A DNA stretch of 64,000 bases from Balanoglossus misakiensis (lineage: Eukaryota; Animalia; Hemichordata), in contig CM082593.2 in assembly GCA_040954595.2 (NCBI GenBank), positions 5,101,434 through 5,165,433 of the forward strand, read 5' to 3'. This document shows positions 1-13,089 of this stretch, piece by piece. A program made the position numbers and the translations under genes. The notes below the pieces were generated by a model. The model had not been told where the DNA came from. It was given only the letters and a program-made list of their open reading frames with translations, and searched no databases. Every line of letters begins with the position of its first letter. Position 1 is the first letter of the stretch.

Positions 1-702
1 ATGTAATTTTTTGCCTCAGGTAATTTGAAAATGTGGATTGGCGCTAATGCACATGATATGGTTATAGTAAATGATGGGTGGTAGAAGAAAATGTTTCAAA
101 TGCAGTATGTGTTCAAACTGTCATTGTTGACAAAACTATATTATTGCGTGGGTTGGGTAATGCCTAACCTAGGGATTGCACGAATGATTCCTTATACTTT
201 AAAGCAGTCCCAGACAGTCATCCATACCTAAGAACCTGGAATTTAATGGCAACAAATTTAACCATGTGATATTCATGTAAGAAACAGGACTCATGTAAAG
301 GAAAAGCACCAGTCCCTTTCAAATACAGGAGTCCAGGAAGCAAAATACAGGACCTTTGTCTAACCCTGATTGTTGACCTTTGTGATTGCGACATGTCATA
401 AGGTTGGTACTCAAGCCAAATAACATTATTGCCTGTAGTTTGGTAGTTTGGGCATTTAAATTGACAAACAGTTGAATAGTGACTTTTCTGATCACGGGGT
501 TAGACGGTAAAAATTAGTTTATTTAAAATAATCTGGATACCAGTGTACAGCCAGGTGGTCTTAATATCATACTTTATTGATGCTAAATGCTTTAAAAATT
601 GAGCTTTTGCCAAAGCAGTGTGGATTCACTGAAACAAGTGTTAATGGAGTGTGAAGTGTCTGAGGTACCCAGGGGGTAACCGTCTCAGAACCATTGTCAT
701 AC

Positions 703-1466
703 CTGCCAATTGTTGATGAGGAATGATAGTAGTGCAATGTGACAGGTAAAGTTGTATGAAGGAGGACACCCCCTCCCCTCCTCACATATACTGTGCATGA
801 GCCATCTGATCACTGGTGAAATGAAATATGACAACGGTGAATGTATTGACTCTTTTATAAGAGACAATTTTCAAGGCAAAGTTCACTGACATGTAGTCAT
901 CATAATAAGCTAAAATTGCAAATAATCTCAAGGTCTAGGGAGTTAAACTTAAACATATTCGCATAGCAACGCCTGGAGTCACATTTCAACACAACAGTTT
1001 GACAGAAATGCGTAGTGAAATCCCTACATACAGTTCACCAATGTGATTGGCTCTCCACGACATAATAATACGCAATCTTACTTGTTTTGGTCAAAACTCT
1101 TGTTTATTCATGATAATGGCTTAAAGATTGGCATATTCCTAACAACAACACACCTTATACATTTCAAAATCACTATAATTACGAATGTACACACGGCGGA
1201 CTTGTTGTTCACTATCACTAGACACTACATAGTAAAACGTGTGTGTACTATGATGATCGTACACAGAAATCTGGCATAGAAATGCGTCATTTCTCACTTT
1301 TTCGGGAGAAAAAAATAATTCCAATCCACGTCGGGCGCAAATAAACGTACAAGAAGTCTTCTCGCGTGAAAAGTGAAGAAGGTTGTGTTCAATGGTTTAC
1401 AGGTAGAATTTGTACAACTTACAACCCTGCCGGTGAATGAGATTCCTGCACCAGCTGTTCAGCCAT
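703..1466 (-). other. Candidate spliced transcript divergent from H2A.Z; product unidentified (lncRNA, short peptide, or an unresolved 5' gene end); probably continues left of 703
   Basis: Minus strand: catcaATGgct at 1466 followed by donor GTAAGT (exon ends 1423). Further exon-like blocks with cag|...|gt ends at 1270-1154 and 812-703, and an acceptor at 235. No splice combination I tried gave a long ORF. Confidence 0.35.
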
Positions 1467-1539
1467 TGATGTTGTGTACAAATTAATTCTCGGTAAAATT
1501 CGGCAAGATACGAGTATTCATGAGGCCATTTACCAAATG

Positions 1540-1640
1540 CTGATTGGGTTATTTGAAAGCGCACGCAATGTTGATTGGACAGCCTTGATCACGTGCCTCC
1601 GAATTCTATAAAATTATCGTTAGCATATTGGCGGGCATCA
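1540..1640 (+). promoter_or_regulatory. H2A.Z core promoter, probably bidirectional, cell-cycle type
   Basis: Two inverted CCAAT boxes (gattgg about 1542 and 1574), CHR-like TTTGAA about 1552, CACGTG about 1590, TATAAAA about 1607 and E2F-like TTGGCGGG about 1628, all just upstream of the ATG at 1674 and within a CpG-rich stretch. Confidence 0.65.
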
Positions 1641-1673
1641 GTTGTCTATTAGCGTCACCTCTAGCATCCCAAA

Positions 1674-3496
1674 ATGGTGAGCGTCTGTCTAAATCCCGTC
1701 GAATTTACCGCAATATTTTTCCATCCACCGATTTTTCCAGTGTTATATGTTACTACTGCAGCTTATGTATATACCAACAGTAATGTTATGTGGAATTCAC
1801 GTTTATTTAAGTAATGTTGTGCTTTTGTTTATGTTCTACAGGCAGGCGGCAAAGCTGGTAAGGATTCCGGTAAAGCAAAGGCGAAAGCAGTATCTCGTTC
1901 GTCAAGAGCAGGGCTTCAGGTACATTGTAAAATTAACTGAAACCTTTACGCAAGCAATTCTGACAGTTCTGTATATTTCTGTTGCTATCCCGCTAACGCA
2001 ACCGTCTAATAAAATTTTCTTGTATTTCACCTACAGTTTCCAGTGGGTCGTATTCACAGGCACTTGAAAAATCGCACAACTAGCCATGGCCGTGTTGGAG
2101 CAACTGCCGCTGTTTATTCTGCTGCCATTCTCGAATACTTAACGGCTGAGGTAAGTCCAAAACCGTACCACGGTTAATACGGCAAGCAGTGGTTCTATTC
2201 TGCATCCTGCAGCCCGCGCGATATTGTAGTTTGCACAAAAAGGGGCCCGAGGTGCCAGAATTTATGTAAACGAAGCAAGCTGTCACTGATGACTTTAGAA
2301 AACCCCCTTGTGTGGCCCCAAATTGAATGCAGAAATGTTTTGATTATATGCGGACGGTCTTTGTCAGTTTCACAAATCATCGTCTGCGTGTTGTGAAATG
2401 CAGCGATGTACGATTTCACACAGTTCTTTTGTTTTGTCGGTCTATTTTGACCTTGGCGGTTTTGGTACCTGTGTTTTGACCTTTGTCGCTAAGGAATTGG
2501 CGGGAAATTCAGTTTGTTTGGATCAGCCCTGTTTTCCCAGCTGGCCTGGTAATAAATCCGAGCCTCATTATAATACATTTACCGAGAATAGCTTGCCCTT
2601 CGATTGTTCTATTTGGGCGCCAAATTCATTTCCTTTGTGTTGCTTTTGGGTATAAGGAATTTCTTTATCGATTTACGCCAAATATGCAAATAAGCTGTTA
2701 GCACAGTTTTGTCTATCCTTGTTTCCCAGGCAACTTGGAAGTCCTCTCCAACAACCATTGACACTTTCGACCACTAGTGTGAAATGGAACATGGTGCTAT
2801 TTGTCAATTTAGAAGTTGTTCCATGGTTTTAAGGCATACATAATGTATATATAGTTTGGCTAGACCAGTTCTTGGCATGACTGGTAGATTTTATGGCTTC
2901 CTTGTGTAATGGTTATTGCAACAATCTGCTTTCATGATGTTCTAATTATTATGCATTGCAGTAGAAATTAACGTGTAGCCGTTGTAGTAATAGTAGGTCA
3001 GCAATGCATGCATATTAATTGTGGATTCTCTCTCCAATTTCTAGGTGCTTGAGTTGGCAGGAAACGCCAGTAAAGATCTCAAAGTCAAACGTATCACACC
3101 CCGTCACTTGCAGCTAGCCATCCGTGGTGATGAAGAATTGGATTCCCTCATCAAAGCAACAATTGCTGGTGGTGGTGAGTACAATTTTGATAATGATTAA
3201 ACGTTTATATTGCAAAGGCATGTTTGATTGCATCGTACAATGAGCGTACTTGATTAGAAATACTTCCAGTCTTCATAAATACCAATCTCACAGACTAAAC
3301 TTTTTTAAACGAGATATTGCTAATATAAATCATTTTGAAAGAATTGATCCAAGGACTAATACATGTACTGATGTTAAACATGGCAAGCTTTGGCAGCAAA
3401 GTTTTCTTACCAATCTCATTCCTTCTCCTTCCAGGTGTAATCCCGCATATCCACAAGAGTTTGATCGGAAAGAAGGGATCACAAAAAGCGACATAG
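1674..3496 (+). CDS. H2AZ: Histone H2A.Z (H2A.F/Z), 128 aa; exons 1674-1676, 1842-1919, 2037-2150, 3045-3174, 3435-3496
   Basis: Spliced translation [128 protein letters not shown]. All introns are GT-AG, and the ATG-only first coding exon is typical of animal H2A.Z genes. Confidence 0.99.
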
Positions 3497-4321
3497 ACAA
3501 CCTTCCTGCCTGCACGTTTTATTTTTCATACCTCAGGCACCAGCTTTTTAATTTTGATCACTTGCTTCATGTTTTCGTTTTACATGTTCTTTCAATTCAT
3601 GTCTTTGTAGTTCATATCATAGGTTCACTTTCTTCCTGTAAACATTGACTCCATTCCATTTTCTGAACATTTATTATATGTATTCTATATTATAAAATAA
3701 GACTGCAGTGGCTCATGTATTTTTACCGTAGCACAATTTTTAGTACTCTTGAAGTGAGCTATTTCCCAAATTAATCCATTTCTAATTATGCAAACCAGAT
3801 TAGAAAACAAATGTATATTTTTTCTGAGTTGAAAAATCGCAGTGCCCTATCTTTCGCACAGTCAAGTCCAAATAGGCATGTGCTACTGCATTACCAGTGT
3901 TGGGGGAGAGATAACATTTGTATGTCTGAAATATATTCATAGTTATCATCATTGTTGCACTTTGTATATGTTGGCTATTACAGGACACATGGAGACATAA
4001 AATTTGTGCCAGTGGTGTAATTTTTGAATTGTAGTTGAATGTATAGTAGAATTACCAAGAATTAAACTGTTATTATTGACTTTTATAAAATATGTGGGTT
4101 GTCGTTGCATTTCAGTATGTGTTGCATCATGCTTTGTGATAATGTGTTGCTTGGAAGTGCTGAATATGCACATTTGTATTTATTTGTTGATCATACCAAA
4201 CATTCTGATGGTGTTGCAATTGCTAAATTCTAGGTGTGACGCAATTCAAAAATTAGACCACTTGTCCAATATCTAATCCATTTCATGTATGTGAATGTAC
4301 AGGCTTGTGAATATGAAATCA

Positions 4322-4337
4322 CCTCCAGAGGGCGCTG
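4322..4337 (+). promoter_or_regulatory. CTCF-like motif
   Basis: CCTCCAGAGGGCGCTG matches the CTCF core CC(A/T)C(C/T)AG(A/G)(G/T)GGCGC. It lies between the convergent 3' ends of H2A.Z and lipase 1. Confidence 0.5.
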
Positions 4338-4652
4338 TTTACCAGCAATCTAACTTCATTGGGTTGGATCATAGACATGGTTGGATTCACTTTACTATAA
4401 TAGTTAAATAGCAACTTGAAATTACACTAGAAAGTTCTATGCAACTTATATTTTGCCTGTGATGGCACCAGTCACATGCACTGTACAATGGCGACTCTGA
4501 AAGCCCTTTACTGACAACCGGTTATTGTCAGGATTGTATTGGGCAAGTCCAACAAGATACTCTAACACCAGTACAATATGTTCTGATCATCAAAAGTTAC
4601 AAGCTGATGGTACCTGTAGTATCATGTGATCACTGACAGCCTCATTCCAACA

Positions 4653-7600
4653 CTAGAAATTTTGCATAATTTTCAGGACGTCCTTGTACACCACTTCGCC
4701 GGCGTCGAAAGCCCAGATGAAGTCGATGTGGTCGAATTTTGCAACAGTCCTGGTGTAGACGCGGTTCTGCAGTTTGGGCAGGAGCTGCTGAACATCCTTG
4801 GGATCTGCCAGCTGGTCCCACTCTCCGGAGAAAATGGCGACGGGGACATCCATGTGTGTCAGGTTGTACTCTGGAACTGTGGACTGAAATGCAGAAGGTA
4901 AGAATCTTAAGCAAGCTCTTATACCCTGTGCAGTTACTCTATGGGTGTACGTTTTGTCCAGGGGGATTACACGTATTGGCAGGAAGTATTTTACAATGTA
5001 CTATGTAAAAATAAATCCAGCAGATTCTTATGTACATGTACTGGTAACATACCTGTTTGTAATGCTCCATGTTGCCAAAGAACCCATAGTCGTACATATG
5101 GAACTTACTGGACTTGACTAGCTGTGGAGTAAGTAAAGCATAACAGCAAAGTGAGGATTTCAGAAACAAGTAATGTATGTATGTCAAGCTCATGTAATCA
5201 TAGAAAGCGCGAGTCTGATAAACCCCCAGTTGCAAACCTTCAGAATGTTTCCAAACAGTGCCCTCTGTAGGCAGATTTGTATTTTGTAAGTGTATGACAA
5301 GCCTACAATTACGTCATTCACCCCAGAATGGAGACAGATCTCCAAGTTAGTTTAGCTGGGGGTACCATAATACAGAATATGTTTACACAAACAGGCCAAT
5401 GCTATATGCCTCAATGTTTTAAGACCTAGAGCCACACCCCATTAGAATATAAAGTTGATTGACAAATTGGAGATTTATATCCAACAGGAAATGATTTTAA
5501 TATCTACTGTTGGCTTTTCTCCAGGATAACCATGATATGAAATGAAAATTTACAACACTGTTAGAGTATCTACAATAGAAAGGAAAGATTCATAACATAA
5601 CTTTCTGATATGTTTTGTGATAAAATGAAGAATAGATTTCTTACCTGTGCCCAATGTATCACATTTTTGGCTGACGTACCGGCTGGCGTGTGGGCCGCAT
5701 AGATTGGAAGTCTTGTCGCATTCATGCGGAAACAGTCGAAGCCGCCAGCTAGAAAGATTATGCTTTCACAGATTATGGCTGTGTCCTTGTTGCCGCATAT
5801 CGCATCGCCAAAGAATTCTATAAACTTGTGAGTGGTGTCGGTGTGCTTGGGTAACAGTTCGTGAACTCCTATTGCATTCAGCAGTGTCTGTTAGAAAATT
5901 GACAGATAAAAAACCAACATTGCTATACCTGTCAAATGTTTTCTTCTATAAAAGTCTTTGCATTAAATTACACAATTTTCCCCCATCCCATCATTAAAAG
6001 ACCTTTGTTTGAACCAAATTGTTATTCAAGTCACTTTCAAGACCATTACATGAGGAAGTGGGCAGTGGTCACATTCTCTGATATTTTATTTGACTTCTAT
6101 TTTGTTAGGTTATCGTTATGTCAGTATGTTATGACATGCTCACAAGTGTTGGTTGTCTGAGAATGATTCATGAAACTATATATATCAATCGATTGTCGTG
6201 GGTTTCCTGAAAGATTGACAATGTTTTTGAAACACCATCACTTCCTGGTCGTTTTTGCTGGAATATCCGTTTCATGGACTTGGCTTTGTTCCATGGATTT
6301 AGTTGATTGTGAAGTGCTGTGCTTTATCGTTTTGTGTCTGTCTTTGCAACTGGCCATGTAAATACTGTCCTATTGACCATATGGATGGGTAAAGTGTGTA
6401 GCATGCACATTTTCTACGTAGCATCTTCAAATTGGTCAGTGTTTCCTTTTACCTGAAAGCCCATGTGTATATTTGCATCCACCAGAAATTTAAGCGGGCC
6501 TTCTATCTGCCCGACCGTGGTCACTGGCGCCAGTGCGGTGAACAGTTTCACTTTCCGGGCCAGCTCTTTGTTCTGTGAAAAGGCAGCGAATGCGATGGCC
6601 GTCCCTTGCGAGTGTCCGATGTAGAAGAGCTGTGATTGGCCGGTGATGTTCAGGGCATAGTTGATAAACGCCGGAAGGTCGTATTCAGCCATCTCGTCCC
6701 AACTGGAACAAATTTCCGTAAAAATATATTGGTTAAATTTATAGACAAATGACCAATGTCTAAATTTGTTTCATATATCCATTGCAAGCTAAGGAGGCCC
6801 CTTACTGAGACAAACTGTGCCAGGACTGACCTGAAATCCCAGAACTCCCTGTCACTGGGGGAGAGATGAATGTGTCGTTTGCTGTACGTGGTGCCCCTGC
6901 AGTTTCCCAACCAAACGTCGTAGCCGGCGTCGGCGAGAATAAACCCCAGGCTCTGATTTTCCAAGTTGACCAAATAGTTTGTGGCATCACCCAATAATCC
7001 ATGCTGCAGGTACACAACTGGTCTTGAACCTGAAGTGTGAGAAATAAAAGAGAGCATTATTAGTGCAACCAAGCACAGTCATTTATGTTGTAGTTTTGTA
7101 TACTACTTTGTTAGTAAGATTAATAACAATCTGGCTGCAATCATTTTACCTACTGACCAATGAAATTTGTACATGTACCATTACAAAGCATTCAGTGAGC
7201 ATGCAGACATACCAGTATGTCTGGATTTTTTTCGGCCATGCGGAATCCTCTGCATTGAGAGAATATACCCGTCTTCTGTCTCCACATAATGATCTTCACA
7301 TGGAAACCCTTTGCTGGTGATAAGCTCGGTCTGAAATAATAATCATAAATGAATTTTCCCAGAAACCAATGATACACATTAATTAACCACTGAACTCAAA
7401 TGCATGTTCTCTTTTATCACTTCCAAGTTAACTAAACTGCCTATTTGCACTGTCTTGGTTCCCATAACTTTTTTATTTTAATCATTTTTATCAATTTAAT
7501 CAAAACTAGGCCATTTTAAGCTGGTAATTATACACACATGTGTGCTTATTTGTGTAAATTGATGTTAAAAATCCCCGGGAGTATAATAACATAGCAACAA

Positions 7601-7836
7601 GCACTTACCACATTCATCTTGTTTTCAGGGTGATTGCGATCAACATTGTGCAGTGCCTCAAACGCGTCATGCCAACATTTACTGGTACTATTACCGGCAT
7701 TGCCCGGTGCTGCATAGTTAAGCGAAACATCAAAAGACACAACTTCACTAATTTGAAAAATAGCAAATAAACAGGCAAAGTTTAAAAAGAAGCAAACAAT
7801 GTAGACAATTAGACAACAGTTACTGTTGGGTCGCAT
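4653..7836 (-). CDS. Acid lipase copy 1 (lysosomal acid lipase/gastric lipase family); exons 7836-7609, 7330-7213, 7029-6831, 6702-6453, 5887-5645, 5121-5053, 4883-4653
   Basis: Hydrophobic N-terminus; motifs [55 protein letters not shown], nucleophile GHSQG, catalytic Asp (WDQLAD) and His (FDHIDF). Frame stays open across GT-AG introns. Confidence 0.96.
5256..5272 (-). promoter_or_regulatory. CTCF-like motif in a lipase 1 intron
   Basis: The minus strand reads GCCTACAGAGGGCACTG. Confidence 0.4.
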
Positions 7837-8708
7837 TCTAAATTGAGGCTGATGTCATAACTGTGTGTTTATATTGTCTATGGTTTTAGTGGCGCTCGCT
7901 GTATATGGTGCCTGTATTGTGAAGTGACCTTTGACACAGGGTTATTAAGGTAGTCAAGCTCGTCTATCAACAATGTCAATAATGCCTGAACTGTTGTGTG
8001 CAAGTCTGTTCCATCTTGAATAAGGGGTGTGCAGATTGGCTTTTTGGTGCGCTAAAGTTGGTGATGTCGTATGGGATTAGTATGCAGGGGAAGAATGTCT
8101 TTCTTGGTTTGCTTGGCTATAAGCTTTAGTCACATTTGTGTGTGGGCTCCACACGTGACTGGCACTTTAGTATCAGTTGGCAAGCCAGCATTGTAATCTT
8201 AAAAATCAACTTCTGTTTCACACAATGGGAATGGGCCAAAGTATCATACTTCCATAAACCTTAACAATTTTCAAAATTAATATTTATGGGAGAAAATATT
8301 TTCCAACAAAAGCAAAGACAAGCAGTCATGGCAGTTTTATTTCCAAATACAATTTATTGCATTATAAATATTATTGCAACAATGATAACTTGGCACATAT
8401 ACAATGTAAATTCCTGGTAAGGTAAAAGGCTGTAAAGGTAGTACCTATAAAAGTGACATTGTGCGTGGACATAGATTTTTAATAAATGTATTTATACTAT
8501 CTTTTACTGAACTTTTTGACATTGCCTCTGTAGTGTGTGCGTACGCAAAGTAAAATCCTCTTGAAATTAAATGTTCCATAAACTTAACGTACAATCTTAT
8601 TACAATGTACTAAGATTTTTTTTAAGTTGCCACTGTAGTGTGGCTATGTACAAAAAAGTTACTTGACAGTTAATTTTTGTATTTTGAATTTTGGTTGCAT
8701 TCTTTCTT

Positions 8709-11700
8709 TTAAAACTTCTGCATTACTTTGAGCAAGTCTTGGTACAGAACCTTGGCTGCATCGACAGCCCAAATAAAATCGATGTGATCAAACTTAGGAA
8801 TACTTTGAGAGTGGACCAGATTCTTTATTTTGGGAATAAGCAACTCCACATCCTTGGGATCGGCGAGAATGTCCCAATCTCCGGTAAACACGGCCGTGGG
8901 GACCTCCATCTTTCTAACGTCATACTCGGGAGCATGTAACTGAAACGGAAAATGCAAACATGGAATTAAATATGGATGCACTGCAGCTGTAAGGCTCTCT
9001 GATTGGCTGTTGTCATGGTAGCTATATGGTGACATGGTGTCAAAGTTCATGGAAGTGTTGCGTTGTTTACCCCTGGTAATTTGTCAGCATCTTGCGTCAT
9101 TTTATAGATTGGTGGCTGAGCTTGAATTACTACCATGAAAACTCTTATTTTTGGAATTATACTCACAGTGTTGTAATGTCTTAGATTGCCGATTATCCCA
9201 TAATCATACTTCTGGAATTTGTGTGACTTGATCATCTGAAAAACATTACAAGAAGTAAATTTGCCATTAGCATATGGGCTATGCAATTAACATGTACATC
9301 ACACACACACACACACACACAGACAGAGACACACACAAACACGCACACATTTCCATGGATCATCAAAACTGGTAACTTCATATCCATCAACACTGGAGGC
9401 AAAAAAAAAGAAATACACCCAAGAATGAAATTAAAACATAGTTGCTCACCTGGGCCCAGTGAGCCATATTCCTCACTGAGGTACCAGCGGGAGAGTGGGT
9501 AACATACACAGGCACTCGGGAGGCGTTCATACGATGGCAGTCAAACCCACCCACCATAAAGATGAGGCTTTCACAGACGATGACCGTCTTTTCATTGCCG
9601 CAAACGGTATGCCCGAACAACTCAATCAGTTTGCTCTGTGGTAAGAAATCGTACATCCCCAGGCCACTCAATACCACCTGAGGGTAGAGGAGAGAATTCA
9701 GAGTTGTTAGTTATAAATCTGGCTCATGGGTGGTGGATGGATGCATACACACACTCACACACACACACACACACAGCACATATATACACAGGCTTCCATC
9801 CATCCATCCATCCACGGATGTGTAACGTACACTGAAGTCAAACCTGTTTTAGTGGCCACTGGCATGGCAGTGACCACTTGTCTATTACTTTATTAGTGGT
9901 CACTTTGTTACAGTCCCTGTGCAATTTACATCTGCATTAATTGACCTGTCTTATAATAAAGGCCATCAGTTTTAGGACCATTGACTTTCCAGGTTTGACT
10001 GTCAATACATTTGGAATACTCACATCAATTCCTTTGTAAATGTCTGAATCGGCGAGAATCCTGATTGGACTTTCATTGTACCCTACTGTGGCCACCGGTG
10101 CCAGTGCTGTGAACAGTTTCACTTTTTTGGCCAGCTGGGGGTTCTCGGAGAACGCAGCGAAGGCTACCGTGGTCCCCTGCGAGTGTCCGATGTAGAAGAG
10201 CTGTGATTGGCCGGTGACTTCGAGAGCGTAGTTGATGAACGCCGGGAGGTCATATTTGGCCATCTCATCCCAACTGGAACAGAGACCAATGAAAAGGAAA
10301 TTGACAGACCATTTTTGGATGATTTCGATTCACAATCTCTCAGGTATATATATACCCGTTTGATTTCCCTCATGCCCAATCTATATGTGTACATATATTA
10401 AATCTCACACAAATGCCAGTTGCTGTTTGTATACTCAACAAGAACAAGTTGTTCACTCTATGCAAACTGCACAAGGCACAAAAGCTCAGGTCATATATAG
10501 ACACCTGCATTGCAGCGTTGGTTCAGGATTCGGTACTATAGTCAAACCTGTGTTAGTGACCACCTCTATATAGTGGCCACTATGTTACAGTCCCTGTGCA
10601 ACTTACATGTGCATTAATTGACCTGTCTATAAAGACCACCTTTCTATAAAGGCCAGTTTATGAAAGTCCCTTGACTGGCCACTATACACAGGTTTGACTA
10701 GTACTGTCTAACCAAACAGAAGCTGCGCTCACCTGAATTCCCAGAAACTCTTTTCTTCCGCTGACAGCTTGACATGGCCTCTGCTGTATGTACTGCCCCT
10801 GCAGTTTCCCAGCCACACGTCATAGCCGTCGTCAGCGAGGATAAAAGCGAGACTCTGATCCACCAAATTGGTCAAGAAGTTGGTGGCGTCGCCGAGTAAA
10901 CCATGCTGCAGGTACACCACCGGCCTGGAACCTGGCAGTCATGCAAATCAAAACAGCAGCTTAATTATTGTCCTTATAAGTCAGAAGCAATTATGGCCGC
11001 TGAATTTCAAATTTCTCCACAGGTTCACATGTAACGCACACATACATACATATTTCCCACATTGAGTTTCAGAAATTTTTACAAAACATTGTGTGCCCTT
11101 CAAAGAAACACAACGTCATAAATCGCTATCTTTTGACATAATTCCGAAGTTTGTTTCACATGCAATATTCTATTTGCGTTGGTCGACTCACACTTTGGAA
11201 CTACGCCAACTCTGGCTAACCCAAGGCCAGCATGTTCATATATTAAGGCCTCTTATTTTCCCTAATCATCACCTGACTGTAACCATAGGCCTATACTGTC
11301 TATGCTGTTACATAGAAATCACATGATCCTAGATTATCACATGATTGTCATATAAAGAAATCATGTGATCCATATCAGTACTTAATTGTGATTATATAAC
11401 CTGTTTGTCTATGGATTGTCTGCTACCCAAAACAGTGGCCCAACCAGCACAAGTGGCTGTCGACAGTTTGAGGACATTTTTATTTGGCAGAATTACATTG
11501 CTGGCAATTTTTATGTCAAAATAGGATATAGATACCATTACCTACCAATTACTTATACTAGTTTTATAAGTAATGGTGGCACATATTAAATATGGTGTTG
11601 GTCTCTCTCAAATTAGAGAACAGATTTAGTTTTGGTATCAGGACAGTATGATAGTTGATTTTTTGGGGGGAAGGTTGATGAAGTACAGGCAAGTTCTTTT

Positions 11701-13089
11701 ACACATACCATTGAAACTAGTGTTATTTCGGCCATGCGGAATCCTCTGCATTGAGAGAATATATCCGTCTTTTGTCTCCACATAATGGTCTTCACATGGA
11801 AACCCTTTGCTGGTGATAAGCTGAGACTGCAGACAAGAAGAGAAGATTAAAGATTATTTGGTGGAGACATTACGTCATGTGACACTCACCTGATAGGTTA
11901 CTTGTATGATAGAAATCTTTCTTGGTGTCATTAACCCCTGTGGCAGACATACCCAGGTTCGCCTTTTCAGTGAAATAACTGAAGAAGTTAATTGGCAGTT
12001 AGCAACAACAGTATTTCTTGAACATTTCAATATTTTGCATAGGGACCAATACTAGCTTAGAAAATCTTTAGAATGAAACTTTCACTTTCGATTGTAAGTC
12101 AGAACTCTTTTTGCGGGAAATGTAAATGGTACTTTTGCTTTTGGTATTTTCCTGGACCTTACTAAAGATTTTGATTTTATTGGTATGATTCATGAGATTC
12201 TTCTCTCAAAGCTTTCATACAAAGATGTCAAAAACTGGTGCAATGCTAACGAGCTGACAATGAGTTATTTAAAATCTAACTACATGTTTCTTTCAGCCTA
12301 TCACCTTCAAATCAATAAACCACATTGTATTAGTATTAATGAATAATTTACTGGATTAAAACTATATAGTTACCTGGGAACTGATATCGATAAACACATT
12401 ACATTTACTTGGAAATCTCAGGTTGGTATGATTTCCAAATTAAGGTAGGGGACTACCAAAATAGCATAGGGGACATTGGGGCAGAAAGAATTTATGGTAC
12501 CTTGGGAAGGTTTGTATTGTAAATCACATTGCTGCTGAATACAGCAACACTGATAGTGCCGGGCAATCTGTAAAATATTCTTTTAATAACACTTTTTATA
12601 GCAACAGTGAAAATAGAAAACAGATTTAAACAAAGTGAACTTGCTTTGAGAAAGAAAAAGCTGGCTGTGCAAATGGAACTTTGCCAGCTGCAAAGTTTTT
12701 TCTACATTCCAATCTCCCATGTTTGTTTTACCTTGCAAAGATCCATGACATAACATTTGAAAAACACTTGCATCTAAACTGCCAACACGTGTATTAATTA
12801 AACTCTCCCAAAGCCCTTAGTTAAATTAAGTTTCAAAGACATTATAAAACTGACTTACCACGTTCATTTTTGTTTCTGGGTCAAGCTGAAGGCGTTTAGC
12901 TTTCTGCATCTCAAGATTATCCTTGTAACCACAGGTGGGGTAAAAACCCAACCTGTAACCCTCCGTGCTGGAACTTACAGAGTTGTGGTTTGCGGCACTT
13001 AAATTTGAAACACCGGCAAAAGCAGATAGCCCTCTTTGCCACAGGAAACACATTGCCACAAGGGAACAGAAAGTGCTGTTTCGTTTCAT
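8709..13089 (-). CDS. Acid lipase copy 2 (tandem paralogue); exons 13089-12859, 11826-11709, 10931-10733, 10273-10024, 9677-9450, 9235-9167, 8939-8709
   Basis: Same exon structure as copy 1. Motifs [58 protein letters not shown] and FDHIDF. A minus-strand AATAAA lies at 8358-8353. Confidence 0.96.
9299..9348. repeat. Imperfect (CA)n microsatellite
   Basis: cacacacacacacacacacacagacagagacacacacaaacacgcacaca in a lipase 2 intron. Confidence 0.9.
9746..9813. repeat. (CA)n plus (CCAT)n simple repeats
   Basis: A CA run followed by ccatccatccatccatcca. Confidence 0.85.
9835..10001. mobile_element. MITE-like element, degenerate copy
   Basis: Terminal inverted repeats agtcaaacctg...caggtttgact. 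The internal segment gttacagtccctgtgcaa.ttacat.tgcattaattgacctgtct is shared with the copy at 10539-10700. Confidence 0.8.
10539..10700. mobile_element. MITE-like element, probably Tc1/mariner-pogo type
   Basis: TIRs tagtcaaacctgtgt...acacaggtttgacta, repeated subterminal (t/g)gaccac/tggccac motifs and TA adjacent to the ends. A second copy is at 9835-10001. Superfamily is inferred. Confidence 0.82.

Noticed and set aside
169-812. Selenoprotein reading of in-frame TGA codons in the left divergent transcript
   Set aside because: No CxxU or other known selenoprotein context, and no SECIS could be identified in the window.
3250-3648. 132-aa ORF overlapping the last H2A.Z exon
   Set aside because: Alternative-frame read across intron and UTR sequence, with no recognisable protein.
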